Below, piece by piece: positions 36,901 to 48,570 of a stretch of 64,000 nucleotides of DNA (the first letter of the stretch is position 1; each line of letters opens with the position of its first letter). The notes below the pieces were generated by a model. It saw only the letters and a program-made list of their open reading frames with translations, searched no databases and was not told the DNA's origin. The position numbers and the translations under genes are program-made. This stretch comes from Mytilus edulis (lineage: Eukaryota). The stretch lies in the NCBI RefSeq assembly GCF_963676685.1, contig NC_092351.1, positions 81,530,001 to 81,594,000 of the forward strand, written 5' to 3'.

Positions 36901-39241
36901 CAAAGATGAATAACCAAAGATTGATTATATTATATTCGATTTAAATTGACTATCTTTTTTTATTTGGTTTAAAATATGCTAGTTTGTAAGAAGTTAAATA
37001 ATTACTTATCTAATGTCGGAAGAAAAATATGTTCACTCTTACGTGAGTTTGTTCCAATAAAAGATCTGAGATAGAATCTTTAAAAAAAAAAGTAACTTTT
37101 TATTCTTACCGTAATCTGTTCCTATAAAATATCTGAGAGAGAATCCAGGATAATTTACACTGAAGTCACTTTTGAGTCTTAGCATGACGTTCGGTCCGCT
37201 CGACACAAACAATTGGCCGCTACGCAAATTATTACACAATTTGGTTGCTGTACTACTCAGGGAATTTCCTGTAATACAAGAAAAATGTCCAACCGAAGAA
37301 CTATGAAAAAAATATTTTAATCAAGAACCATATTCGTTTCTGTGACGTTAAGATATTTTTTATAAAATGAAACTGCTTCCAAATGATATATAAATAACAC
37401 ATTTGACGTTAACTTTGTGTGAATGTATCTATCTGTCTGGAGTATTGGTTCTGTTTAGCTTTGTTTTATCCGTTTGCTTGTATTTTGTACATTTTCTATA
37501 ACTTAAGGGGGTAGACCTTGGATCAGGGAGATAACTCTTTAAATCAGTCAAGCGTTTGTAAAAGTCAAGTTCATCAATGTTTTTAAAGCACTTACCTGAA
37601 ACAGATTAAAACTAATCTATGTAACCTAGAAGCTTAGAATATGTTTTTGAAAATGGTTGACACAAACGTACTGATGATTTTAAGAGTTATTTCCCTTAAC
37701 CTAGGTCTACCTCCTTAATATGGATTATCAGTGTTAGTCTCACGTCGAAATGGCAAGTCTTCGATTCACAGTTTTAAATAATTATTTTGTTTCACGATCG
37801 ACAAAAATCATAAAAATGACTTATTTTTTTCGCAGTTGAAAATTGCTAATTTCGATTCCACTTAAAACTTTAATAATGTTGAGTTTTTAATTTGCAAATC
37901 ATTCTTTATTTACCGTCATAAATGCCCAGATAGTCATATGAGCACCCAGGGCTTCCTTCAAAATATGACTCCATGACATCCACAACTATCTTATGTGAAA
38001 CATCTGTTACTGATAATGTCCATCGACAGTCAGTGTTGCTGGTAAAAGAAATTGAAATACCTTATTTTTTACAATTTGTTAATTAATGTGATTTATGGGT
38101 AATTATAAAAAAATGGGTTTGTACCCTTTTTTGTGGTTTGAGAAAACGTGATAAATCGAGGATATCTCCAATTATATGGTTTCGGCATTTGTTCCTATCC
38201 AAGTAGTTACACTAAATTCGTCTTGTAGTTTGTTTTTCTCAAAATATTTTTGATCCGAATGTAACTGATGAATCTTTGGTAGACGAAACGAAAAGCACGC
38301 AAATTGGTATCCAACAAGTTTTGGTGAATCCTCTGAGCAAGCATTATCAGAAGTAAGGAAATTGAAAAATATTGTTCTTATTGAATGGATGTGTGATGGG
38401 TAAAATATATCATTGTTGAAGGCCATACGGTGACCAATAGTTGTTAACGTCTAATTAATTTGGTCTACGATGGGGAGTTGTCTCATTGATTGACAGTTAT
38501 ACTCATATCACATGTTTTTATTTTTAAAGTCACTTTATAACAAAATTGTTTATTACATCCTTATTCTTTTCATTGGCTTGCAAAAGTGGCAGATTCAAAA
38601 ACAGAAAAACAAACAGTTTTAACTTTAGCTAATCATCATCAAAGTATGTGTTCGCACCTGTAATATGCTGTTTTCCATCCTGGCGATGTCAGATATGTTG
38701 GTTCTGCATTTACAGTGTCAGTCTCAGTTGCACGTCTACTGGTGGCTGAACATTGGCTGTTAACTATGATTAAAAATTTCATGCATAATTGTTATATGAA
38801 TATTGACAAAATACAATAAAATACATATGTATATGATATCTTTGCGAGTAGTACATTTTTTTAGTATATTAACTGAATAACTATAGACAACCACAACAAA
38901 TATTCATAACAGAAAACATTTACACATTTTGTTCCATATTAACTGAAATTTGTGAAAAGAAATGTTAAAAGTAAAAACGTTTAGGTAAAATAATACTAGA
39001 GTTTATTACAAACAATAATAGAATTTAAACTAAAGACAGACAGTTTCCTTAAATAATGTTCAGTATTTTATTGTATGATGGTTGCATATACAAGTTGCAA
39101 TCCAAACGTTGGTTAGCCACCCACCCCCTTTCAAAATCCTGGTTCCGCAACTGACAAATTAAAAACTATATCAAGGTATAACTTACCTTTGTGTGCTAGC
39201 ATTAACACACAGGCAATGACTAAACAGATTTTCCTGGCCAT
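27985..39241 (-). CDS. Type I transmembrane protein with four CUB domains (644 aa); exons 39241-39187, 38763-38658, 38038-37914, 37268-37110, 36497-36407, 35381-35263, 34467-34297, 33019-32893, 31895-31774, 31338-31186, 30779-30683, 30231-30104, 29154-29002, 28313-27985
   Basis: Signal peptide MARKICLVIACVLMLA; four repeats of CUB motifs (YLTSPGW/YLSSPNFP, DCxW, CxxDxLxIYDG, LC, FxSDxSxxxxGF); TM IVGMIIGIVIGVIVFGVLMFLLF; Ser-rich tail. All 13 introns are GT-AG with consistent phases; total 1935 nt. Probable 5' UTR exon ending at 39526. Confidence 0.9.
29550..29822. repeat. ~39-bp degenerate intronic tandem repeat
   Basis: tgtgttatgttgggcttattgttctcaaaagtcatttta repeated about 6-7 times with divergence. 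Confidence 0.8.
32069..32280 (-). mobile_element. Internally deleted HINE-like element
   Basis: actagaggc..gcctgtgtcgctcacct at one end and ggctttgggccaggtgagctaaaaa at the other (gctcacct/aggtgagc subterminal inverted repeat). Confidence 0.6.
33603..33876. mobile_element. TTAA-flanked MITE (same family as 18586-18867)
   Basis: Near-identical body; TTAA flanks. Confidence 0.85.
34515..34840 (-). mobile_element. Diverged TA-associated element with internal tRNA-like module (same family as 44899-45214)
   Basis: Minus strand: ctagatt..acgtgacaaggtaacac .. tggtcgagtggt (A box) .. gagttcaaatccc (B box) .. tgttgggttaatgtt; TA-rich flanks. Confidence 0.6.
34847..35220. mobile_element. TTAA-flanked MITE carrying a 103-bp locally templated insertion (34859-34961)
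   Basis: Same family as 18586-18867; the insert matches 35735-35837. Confidence 0.85.
35800..36190 (+). mobile_element. Near-complete non-autonomous retro-like repeat sharing the Naiad 3' structured modules
   Basis: gggagggttgg..aacatgtttaaccccgcc..aagtcagg..cctg, then aaggccgtacggtgacctat and terminal gagttgtctcattggc..ataccacatcttctttt. Confidence 0.8.
37507..37714. mobile_element. TTAA-flanked MITE
   Basis: ttaa|gggggtagacct..agggagataactctt ... aagagttatttccct..aggtctacctcc|ttaa. Confidence 0.75.
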
Positions 39242-40494
39242 TTAGCTTCAAGGATGATCTGGAAAAAAATCTTTTGTTTTGAAGCATGTATGTTTAATAA
39301 GCCAAACATTTGAAATCCGCGGTACTACTGAAATAATAGGAGTAAACAAATCGTTGCTAATTATTGTATATAGTCTTAGTAACAATTATAAGTACTTTTG
39401 TTTTTTCATATTTTTTTTAATTAATTATATATCTTGCATTTATCTTGAGAAAAAGTATATAAATAAAATCTTTCTTAATGTCGAATAGCTTAATAAGTAA
39501 TGCTTTGAATCTTTGAAGTGCTTACCTTTCGCGGTCACGTGCTTTGATCCATTACTATGACCATAAAGAAGTCCAAGGAACATGAACTTTCACCACCGAG
39601 TTACTATGCACATTAAAAAGCAATTAATATATGAAATTTGTTCACTTTTGTATATTTTTTTCTAAAGTTGAATCTTTGAAATATAAGTTAAAAGACTTGA
39701 ACGTTATGACCCGTGTAATTATTATTGAAAACATCATCATAATGATTATTCAATTTTACAAAAATCATGGGGGACTTTAAGGGCTTTACTTTGAAATGAT
39801 AACAATTAGAATATGAATTTTCTCTGTTCAAGCATATCTGTGTATAAATTAGTATTTGCATGCTTGTTGAATCTTTAATTTTCACAGTTTGGATATTTTT
39901 TTTATTCATATAGCACATTTTATTTGTGTAAAATATTAATCCCCTCTTGTTACCCAATAATATTTGGAATCATTCATTTGCAACGGATTATTAACTATTG
40001 ATTTTAGTTTCATTGTTAGTAAACAACTGTTTACCAATACATTAGAAACCATTCTTCATGTTCACAGTGGTTTAAATGTCCAACAGCCTGTTGTTAAAAT
40101 CGTATTTCAAAGGATTTTACAAGCCATTTATATACATGTACAAATCAATTATTTCAATCCATACACCGAGTACGCTGAATATTTTTGAAAATATATTCAT
40201 ATGTTTTCTTTTTTACCCATGCACCCCAAATAAGTATATCTCCATGCGAACACATAGAAATGCTTAGAATGCATACATGTATAAGTATAAACATGTATCA
40301 TGCAGTACGTCTCCTTTAATTTGTTTGACTCTTATATTGATTATCGAAATTAAGTACTTTGACATATATACTAATAGTGACTACTACTACATGTATATTC
40401 ATGGTTTAACACTAGTATTTTTTTTGATTTTTTTTCTTTGGGGGGGGGGGGGGGGGGGGGGGGCTTTTATATCTTGCTGTTTGGTGAAAGCCAG

Positions 40495-41404
40495 GGGCTG
40501 TGTCAACGAAGCTGTCCCAGGACTAGGACATGTCTTAGGATGGTCTTAGAACACGTCTTAGTCCAAAGTCAGGTTAACGAAAGTCTCCTAAAATAAGATA
40601 TGTCCTAAAGTTGGTCCTAAATTTAGGATATACAAATAGGTGCCTTAGGATAGTGCTAAAGGGTACAATGTCCTAAATCGTAACAAAAACAACAAATATA
40701 GCACAAACTCAATTCTAAATATACTAATACAATATTAAACTATCATACTATTATTAGAATTGAATTAATAAATCAAAATAGTTTCAATATTTGATAAAGA
40801 TTCAATTATATTACATTAAATTATTTCGTGCTGTTTATTTTGAAGCCTAAACAATACTATCATTAAAAGCAAAAATGTTTGCGACCAACCAAAATGGTGC
40901 ACTATTAATATTTTAAAATATGGGAAAAAGTTTACTTCTTTTTTTTTAACAAATCCTGATTCGATACATGTAATGAAATCAAGTGGACCTAAGTACAAAA
41001 CTAGTTTATGTACTAAAATTTCAGCACGAATATCGCATTTAACAAAGTTTTGTGACTATTACTTTTGTTTTCGTATTAAATTCATATATATTTTTTATCA
41101 TATTTAACGTATTTATTAGTATAATTTTATTACGTTAAAACTTAAACTTTTATTTTGAGTTAATTGTTTCAATATAAGAGTAGATACTAAAATACCATTA
41201 AATCTATGACATAGAAATTTCTACATTTTTTTCAATTACATAAATGTGTAAGGATGGTCCTAGGACTATCGTAGTTAAGACTGTCCTAAGACAGCTTTGT
41301 TTTACATCCTGAGACAGGTCTTAGACACGTCCTAAGACCATCCTAAATAATGTCCTAAGAAATATTTTAGGACATATCCTAGGTTACTTTCATTGACCCG
41401 GCGC
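40495..41404. mobile_element. Harbinger-like MITE with cttagg/cctaag subterminal repeats
   Basis: gggctgtgtcaacgaag ... ctttcattgacccggcgc imperfect TIRs; AT-rich core. Confidence 0.7.
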
Positions 41405-41521
41405 ATGGCTTTGTGTTACATTAATTTGTAAAAGCCGTACTTTGACTTATAATTGTGAACTTTTTATACATTGTGACTTGGATGAAAAGTTGTTTCATTG
41501 GTACTCATACTTCATCTTCTT

Positions 41522-42994
41522 GGGCCTGTTTATCGAAACTGTCCTAAGATCGGTCCTAAGAATTTCTTAGGACAGAAGTTAGGATAAAGTTAGGACCGAC
41601 TTACGTCACGTCTCAGCATGCACATCGAAGCTATCTTAGGCCTGATTATCTTAGCTAGGACGTCCTAACCGCTGTCCTAAGTATTGGCGGAAAAGAACAT
41701 TTTTATAATGAAAATATTTTATCAAATTTAACCAATTACTATAATTTGAAAAAAGATTAATACTAGTAATTATAGAATAATTATTAGTTTAAAATTAAAG
41801 GTAATAAGTAGTTTTTATATTATAATTGTACATTTTAACTTTATTAAACAAAACATATGACAACAAAGTATAATAACTTTGTATATAAAAATTGAACAGT
41901 TAAAATGAAATATGTAATCGGTAAAATCACTATTAGACAGTTTCGATAAACAGGCCCAAGAAGATGAAGTATGAGTACCAATGAAACAACTTTTCATCCA
42001 AGTCACAATGTATAAAAAGTTCACAGTTATAAGTCAAAGTACGTCTTTTACAAAAAAATGTAACACAAAGCCATGCGCCGGGTCAATGAAAGTAACCTAG
42101 GATATGTCCTAAAATATTTCTTAGGACATTATTTAGGATGGTCTTAGGACGTGTCTAAGACCTGTCTCAGGATGTAAAACAAAGCTGTCTTAGGACAGTC
42201 TTAACTACGATAGTCCTAGGACCATCCTTATACATTTATGTAATTGAAAAAATGTAGAAATTTCTATGTCATAGATTTAATGGTATTTTAGTATCTACTC
42301 TTATATTGAAACAATTAGAGTGAGCTGAATTCGAAGTGTCATGGTTTCATACTTTAAAGTTCAAAGGCAAATCTCGTGCATCTTTCATTTAAATACAGAG
42401 TACTTCAACAATTGTATTACGTATGTATGAGCAAGAGACGAAATCCGAATTTTACCGATGCAAAACTACAGACTCTCCTGGACGACTTGATAAAAGAGTA
42501 AACTTTTGATTTTTTTTGGGGGGGAGAGGTGAAAAAGAGGGGGGGCTAGGATGAAATTTGATAAAGGCTGGACAGGAGTTTGAAATAAAATAAAACAGGA
42601 TGGACAATTTTGCAAAATAAAAGGCGGATAACAATTTATGTAAAAAAAACACAATACATTAATAAATAAAAATGAAAGATACAGATAACAACCAAAAGAA
42701 AACATGGCAATATTTTTCATCCTAGACCCCCCTCCCCTTTCATCCCGCCATAAAAATGAAATGGAACCTATAAAAACCATATTTGTTTAGAAAATAACCA
42801 TCCTAAATATATCCTAAAGTTAGGACCACCTTAAGACCATCTTAAGACACCTAATTTGGTATCCTAAAGTTAGGACAATTCCTAGGATTTTCCTAAGTTG
42901 CGACATGTTTGATAAACCCACTTAGGACTAAGATATGTCCTAAGTTGGTCTGAGGACACGTCTTATTCCTAAGAGAGCTTCGATAAACAGGCCC
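41522..42994. mobile_element. Harbinger-like MITE (GGGCCTGTTTATCGAA TIRs) containing an inverted copy of its own left flank
   Basis: gggcctgtttatcgaa at 41522 and ttcgataaacaggccc ending 42994; 41936-42317 is the reverse complement of 41161-41543. Confidence 0.8.
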
Positions 42995-43019
42995 CTGATT
43001 TATATTGCAAAATAATGTA

Positions 43020-43227
43020 AGGGAGCTACCATTTGATTTTTAGGGGGGGTGGGGGGCTAGGATGAAATTTGAAAAAAATAGGCAGGACAGGAGTTTTTAG
43101 TAAAAAAAAAGGCAGGATGAGACACTAACAAAAAAAAAGGCAGGACGACAATTTAGGTAAAAAAACAATAGGATAAACTAAAAAAAAAAAAAGACAAGAC
43201 CGAATAAAAATCAAATGGTTGCTCCCT
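43020..43227. mobile_element. MITE with AGGGAGCTACCATTTGA TIRs
   Basis: Same family as 17969-18256. Confidence 0.8.
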
Positions 43228-44898
43228 AATGCAACTTGTCGTTATATTACATGTATTTGCAAAAATATAGAAAAAAATGTATGCTAGTTCTGAAATTCAT
43301 GTTGACCAAGCCCATGCATAACTATAACAAAAGAGAGACAAAACTACAATCATTTTGTACCGTTTATCTAATAGAAACAACGATGAAACGACACACAACA
43401 ATAACAAAACATACACAGAAAACTATAAGATTAAACAACACGAACCAAAACAAAATCTGAGAGTGAACGCGGGTCTCTTAGAGGGTCAGCAGTCAGTAGA
43501 GAACTTCTAGCTAAGCTAGTACCACCCCACTGTGATCTATGGTTGAAACACGAAGATGGTGCATATGAGGTAAGTACGCATAATATACTAGTATGAAAGC
43601 AGATCTGTGTAGTTCTCTTTTCTGCAACCCAAAACATCGTTTATTAATAACTGTTACAAAACAACAAAATGTGAAATTTTGATATAAATCTACAGTTTTT
43701 AGGACAAAGAATGAACACGACTGTTATCCTAAAGAAACAACACAGATATTTCGAATTAATATAGGACAAAATAAAACACTGAAAACTTAACCAAAAGCAA
43801 CATCCGTAAAGATTACGAAGGAACGACTCTACCATTCGGACCCATTGATGCAACAGCTTTCTTGTAAGAAACATTTCCCAAAATCAAGAAAATAGTGATA
43901 CGAAACGCAAGCCTTGTAATAACGTATCGTATTTTCAATATGCAGGGGATGGATTGTTGCTGCACAGAAAATCGAAAATCGAAAACCATCGCTCTTGTTG
44001 TAATGTTTAACTTACAATTTACAGATGTAAGACAAGTGAAAACAGAGGCCGACTTAAATATAACAGTTACTGTGACATATCCTCAATTGCAAGTGCAATT
44101 AACAGTTAGTCCGAGACCACAATTATTTCGTAGTGCATTTCTTTTAGAACATAAATGAAAATAAAAAAAATCCCACCTGCGCTTTCTCAAAGAAACTTTT
44201 AACATGTGTTGTACTACTTTTGGGACAAATTATATCAAAATTATAGAAAACTTCATCGCCTCTAACTCAAAATATGGACAATTTTATCTTTAGGGCGTCC
44301 TGAAATCTATTGACAGCTTCCGAAGTACTATTTTTCAACCTTTGTCACCTGGACCAAATCACTACTTTCCTTTAAAATTCTGGACCCATTTTTTTTTTAC
44401 TTTTTACATTAAACATGGAGAAATAAATTTGGAAGGGTTATAAAAATTAATGGCAAGTAACTCACTGTCAACACTAGGGACTAGATAATCGCCGTATTTT
44501 CATTTACTCGTTCTTCACACATAAATATAGGATTAACACAATACATTTCTCCGTATAATTAAATGATAAATTGTTTTGATTATCATTTGAATCCAAATCA
44601 AATAAAAACTGGTGGTTTGGATTCAATGTTATGGTTATATTATCTAATTCAGCGATGATTTCGTGTGCAGGCATGTAGTTCCGTCATTATCGTGTAAGAC
44701 GTACATTGAAAATTTTATTTTTTTTAGTACGAACTTGAAAATATCTTTTTAATGAATTTGGAAAAAGAATTCAAAATTAAAATGTGCCAAAATTATTAAA
44801 AGCTATCTATCTAACGCTATATAATAATAATCTTTTATTCGTAAGCAATACAACGTATAGAATATATAGCGAAACAGATTTCGAAAATATATATATAT

Positions 44899-45212
44899 TA
44901 CATTAATTTGTAGGATCCTTTACTATAGATAATTTAGCTGATCTGTAACAATAACATCTTCATGCCTTATATATCATGTACTGTAGTACGCCGCTAGATT
45001 AAAACTGACGTGGAAAGGTAACACACGGCCAGCGAAAGCTCTTTTTTTGAGAGCCCAGGTGGTCGTGTGGTCTAGCGGGACTTCTGCAGTGCAGGCGATT
45101 TGGTGTCACGATATCACAGTAGCATGGGTTCGAATCCCGGCGAGGGAAGAACCAAAAATTTGCGAAAGCAAATTTACAGATCTAACATTGTTGGGTTGAT
45201 GTTTAGACGAGT

Positions 45213-45214
<2 letters not shown>
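44899..45214 (+). mobile_element. (TA)n-flanked element with internal tRNA(Leu/Ser)-like Pol III module
   Basis: Flanked by (TA)n at ~44888-44898 and 45215-45243; tggtcgtgtggtcta (A box) and ggttcgaatccc (B box) at ~45060-45138. Confidence 0.65.
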
Positions 45215-45245
<31 letters not shown>

Positions 45246-45402
45246 AACGTCTGAATAATAGTCAACGATTTTCCTCACGTGGGAGCTGGATCGTTACAAG
45301 TAACGATACATGTACACAATGAAATAAATTATATAAACGCCTAAAAAGTGTACATAACAACACCAATGATATAAAAAGGAACTATAAATGTAATTATTTA
45401 TA

Positions 45403-45433
45403 AATATTTCGGATAACAGATATCCTTCGTCAG
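45403..45433 (-). ncRNA. Minimal hammerhead-like core in the PLE pLTR (second copy 48742-48772, + strand)
   Basis: CTGACGA a ggata tctgt tatcc GAAA tatt: 5-bp stem II and palindromic AUAU stem III. Stem I is not convincing. Confidence 0.5.
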
Positions 45434-46020
45434 TCAGATTCTGATGTTAAATGAATCATCTTTAAGTCTTTTTAGATTAAACTTTTACTAAATCTGGAAA
45501 TTTATACAATAAAAAAAGGCAAACCGAACATCAGTTAAGACGCTTGCACCATTCTAAAAATTTGTTAAATATGACATAGGTTATATGACTAATTACATCA
45601 GAGAGTTCAAATATATGCTTTAAATAAAAATATTAATGTGCGATGTGAACTAGCACAATTTTAAAGCTTTAACGGTGTCGATATTATGATGTTACAAGAA
45701 AGATTGCGTCAATAAGAATTCCAAATAAACAGCTCTGAACGGTCTAAATTTCTAAATATTTCAGATTTGACAACTGTAGTGTAGTTAAATTAGAGTCTGC
45801 GATGTTTAAAACAAACGGCCGTTAAAATATGATAACAAATTTTGACTAAAATAAAATAGTTGGACGTGGCTTGGTACTTATACATCCCTCAAAAAATTAA
45901 GCAATTGAAATTGTTATATTCAACAGATTTATTTTAGAGATGAGTAAGGTAAAGAAATAGAAACGGAGACTGTAATAATAAGTAATATAACCCAGATGTG
46001 AAGCACTGCATGGTGTCGAA

Positions 46021-48570
46021 CTACATCTTTTCATTTATCCCATTTGGTGCCAAAGTTGTTAATTTTCTTATCCAAAATCTTTCCCGAGTAAGTCTATCCT
46101 CCCTAGACCAAGCAGAGTTGTGATCAATGATAGTAATGGTCAGTCGATTGAGATCTGCCTTAGTGTGGCCAGAGCATCTCAAATGTCGACTAAGAGGGAG
46201 GTCTGGCTTGCATTGGTAGTCGCTACGATGACCGTTCATTCGTTTGTGAAACGGCTGTTCTGACTCGCCTACATACTGTTTACCACATTTACACTGTAGG
46301 AGATACACAACATTTGTAGTCTTGCAATTAACATTGCAAAATATGGTGTATTCTGTACCAGTGGAGTGACTGTTAAAAGTCTGGGTATCCAGTATTTGTT
46401 TGCAAGTCAGACATCGTTTGTTTCCACAACCCTTACAAGAGCCCACTGACGTAGAGCCTGCTTGAGAAAATAACTCAGCTCTCACCAGTAAGTCTTTAAG
46501 GCTTTTGGGCCTGCGGAAAGCCAGTACAGGTGGCTCGGGAAAGATCTTGGATAGTTTAGGATGTTTTTCGATATCTTTCCAACTTTCGCGGATAAGGTGA
46601 GACAAGTTGTCAAATTTTGGATGGTAAGTCAACACAAAAGGCACCCTCCTGTTGACCTTTTTGACTTTATATTGTAAAAGTTCATCTCGGCTGATGTTGC
46701 TAGCACGAGAAAAACCTTTATCAATGTCTTTCCTTTTGTAGCCTCGATGTTTTAGGTGACCGCGAAGTTCTTGTAGTCGTTTTTTGGCAACATCGTTGGT
46801 GGAGCAAATCCTTTTTATTCGTATGGCCTGGCTGTAGGGAATGCTCTTGGTGCAATGTTTAGGGTGACAACTTGAAGGAGACAGATATTGATGTTTGTCT
46901 GTGGGCTTGCAATACAATCTGTAAATATACTAGTCAACAAAAGAAACGATACAAGACTTTTTTTCAAATTAAAGATAAAGTTTTCCGTTCATTGGACCAA
47001 TATTGAAGGTAGTAATACTTAATCATTATGGAAATATAAATCCGTGAAATTTTTTTTTTTGCTTTTGTGACGTTTTTTCGCAATTTTTTTTTTTTTACAA
47101 AATTTACATAAAACAACAATTTTAAAAAACAGAAGTTCCAACTAATGATGTCAACCTCTCATTTAAAGGTAAAGACAGTGTTTGCCATCAATTTGTTTTT
47201 AAAAATCATACAGTTTCTTCGTTTATTTGTTAAGCAAAGTTTGGTCCTACGAGAAATCGTTAAAATGTATACATTATCAACTGATTTACCATAGACAGTA
47301 TGTGTAAAGTGATATTCAAAATAGGCAACAATCTTAAAACTAATCCGAAAGGTTCCAAATTTACTGTGTGTTGTTTTCATATCTAAAGCATTGATTTGAG
47401 ACGAAAATAAAAAAAAAACAATTTGCATTTTTTGAGATTTCAAAAAACACTTTTTTTCCCAAAAATTTGAAAAATCAATATTTCAACCCATTAGTTACAT
47501 CATGAACATAACTTGATTATCATATTGAATATTTTCAAACAAATTTGAAATTTAATTTAGTGCTTAGAAAATTATGTGTCGATTTTTTTTTCAACTTTCC
47601 GCAAAACTAATTTGCACCCTTTGATCATTTACACGGAATTTAGATACTTTCCGACGAGTTTTGATTTTCATTATCACATGTGCATACATTGCAAATGAAA
47701 GCTTTTTAAAATAGTATATCTCATTTTTTTTTTTTATTAAATACTTTTTGATGAATTTTATTTCAAAGTCGTGTATCGTTTCTTTTGTTGACTAGTATAT
47801 GTTTCCATCTCTCACTTGCGTTGTAGTGTCAAGAAATGTGATCTTAGAGTCAGAGATTTCATATGTTAATTTTATTGAGGGATGGGCATCGTTGGCATGT
47901 TGAATAAACAAATCTAGTTCTTGTTCAGTATTATCCCACTTCATGTCAATATCGTCAATAAATCGGAACCAAGAGAGGGGTTGATAAAGGAAAGAATTGA
48001 GAATTCTCTGTTCTAATTTCCCCATAAAAATATTGGCATAAGACGGGGCCATCTTTGTTCCCATTGCTGTTCCATTAACTTGGAGAAAGTGTTCACCATT
48101 GAATGTGAAGTTATTGCATTTTAATACCAAAGTTAGAAGCTGGATGAGACATTCAGTTGGTGGATGTAAGGTGTTACGAGAGTTCCAGACTTCCCTACAG
48201 GCTTCAATACCATCGTCATGGGGGATATTAGTATAGAGGGAGGTAACATCAAGCGAGACAAGGATCGTTTCAGGTGGGAGAGGGTTCAAAGATTCCATTT
48301 TTTTTAGATAATGTGTTGTGTCTTGTATATATGATGGTAAATTTTCTACGTGTGGTCGGAGATGAAAGTCAATAAATTCTGATATTTTCTCTGTAGGGTG
48401 GTCATTGGCGGAAACAATTGGTCTACCTGGATTATTGACTTTATGTATTTTGGGCAGAAGATAGAAACGCCCCGGCTTTGATTTTTCCGGTTTTAGATAT
48501 TTAAATGTGGTTTCATCAATATGTCCCTGTTCACACATGTTTTTCAGGTTTGTGGTGATCTCTTTTGAAC
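46021..48570 (-). pseudogene. PLE RT-GIY-YIG polyprotein, disrupted by a MITE and 5'-truncated (segments ~48570-47798 and 46925-46021)
   Basis: ORFs 47792-48538 and 46021-46917 are consecutive parts of one PLE protein (..DGNI | ..LYCKPTDKHQYL). Confidence 0.88.
46928..47797. mobile_element. Tc1/mariner-type MITE (TA TSD) inserted in the PLE ORF
   Basis: tactagtcaacaaaagaaacgatacaagacttt ... aaagtcgtgtatcgtttcttttgttgactagta (33-bp TIR, 1 mismatch) flanked by ta. Confidence 0.92.

Noticed and set aside
45052-45146. Possible tRNA-Sec accompanying the selenoprotein element
   Set aside because: Only the first bases (gcccaggtggtc..gtggtct) resemble it; there is no TCA anticodon arm or 9/4 fold. 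Closer to a Leu/Ser-derived repeat.
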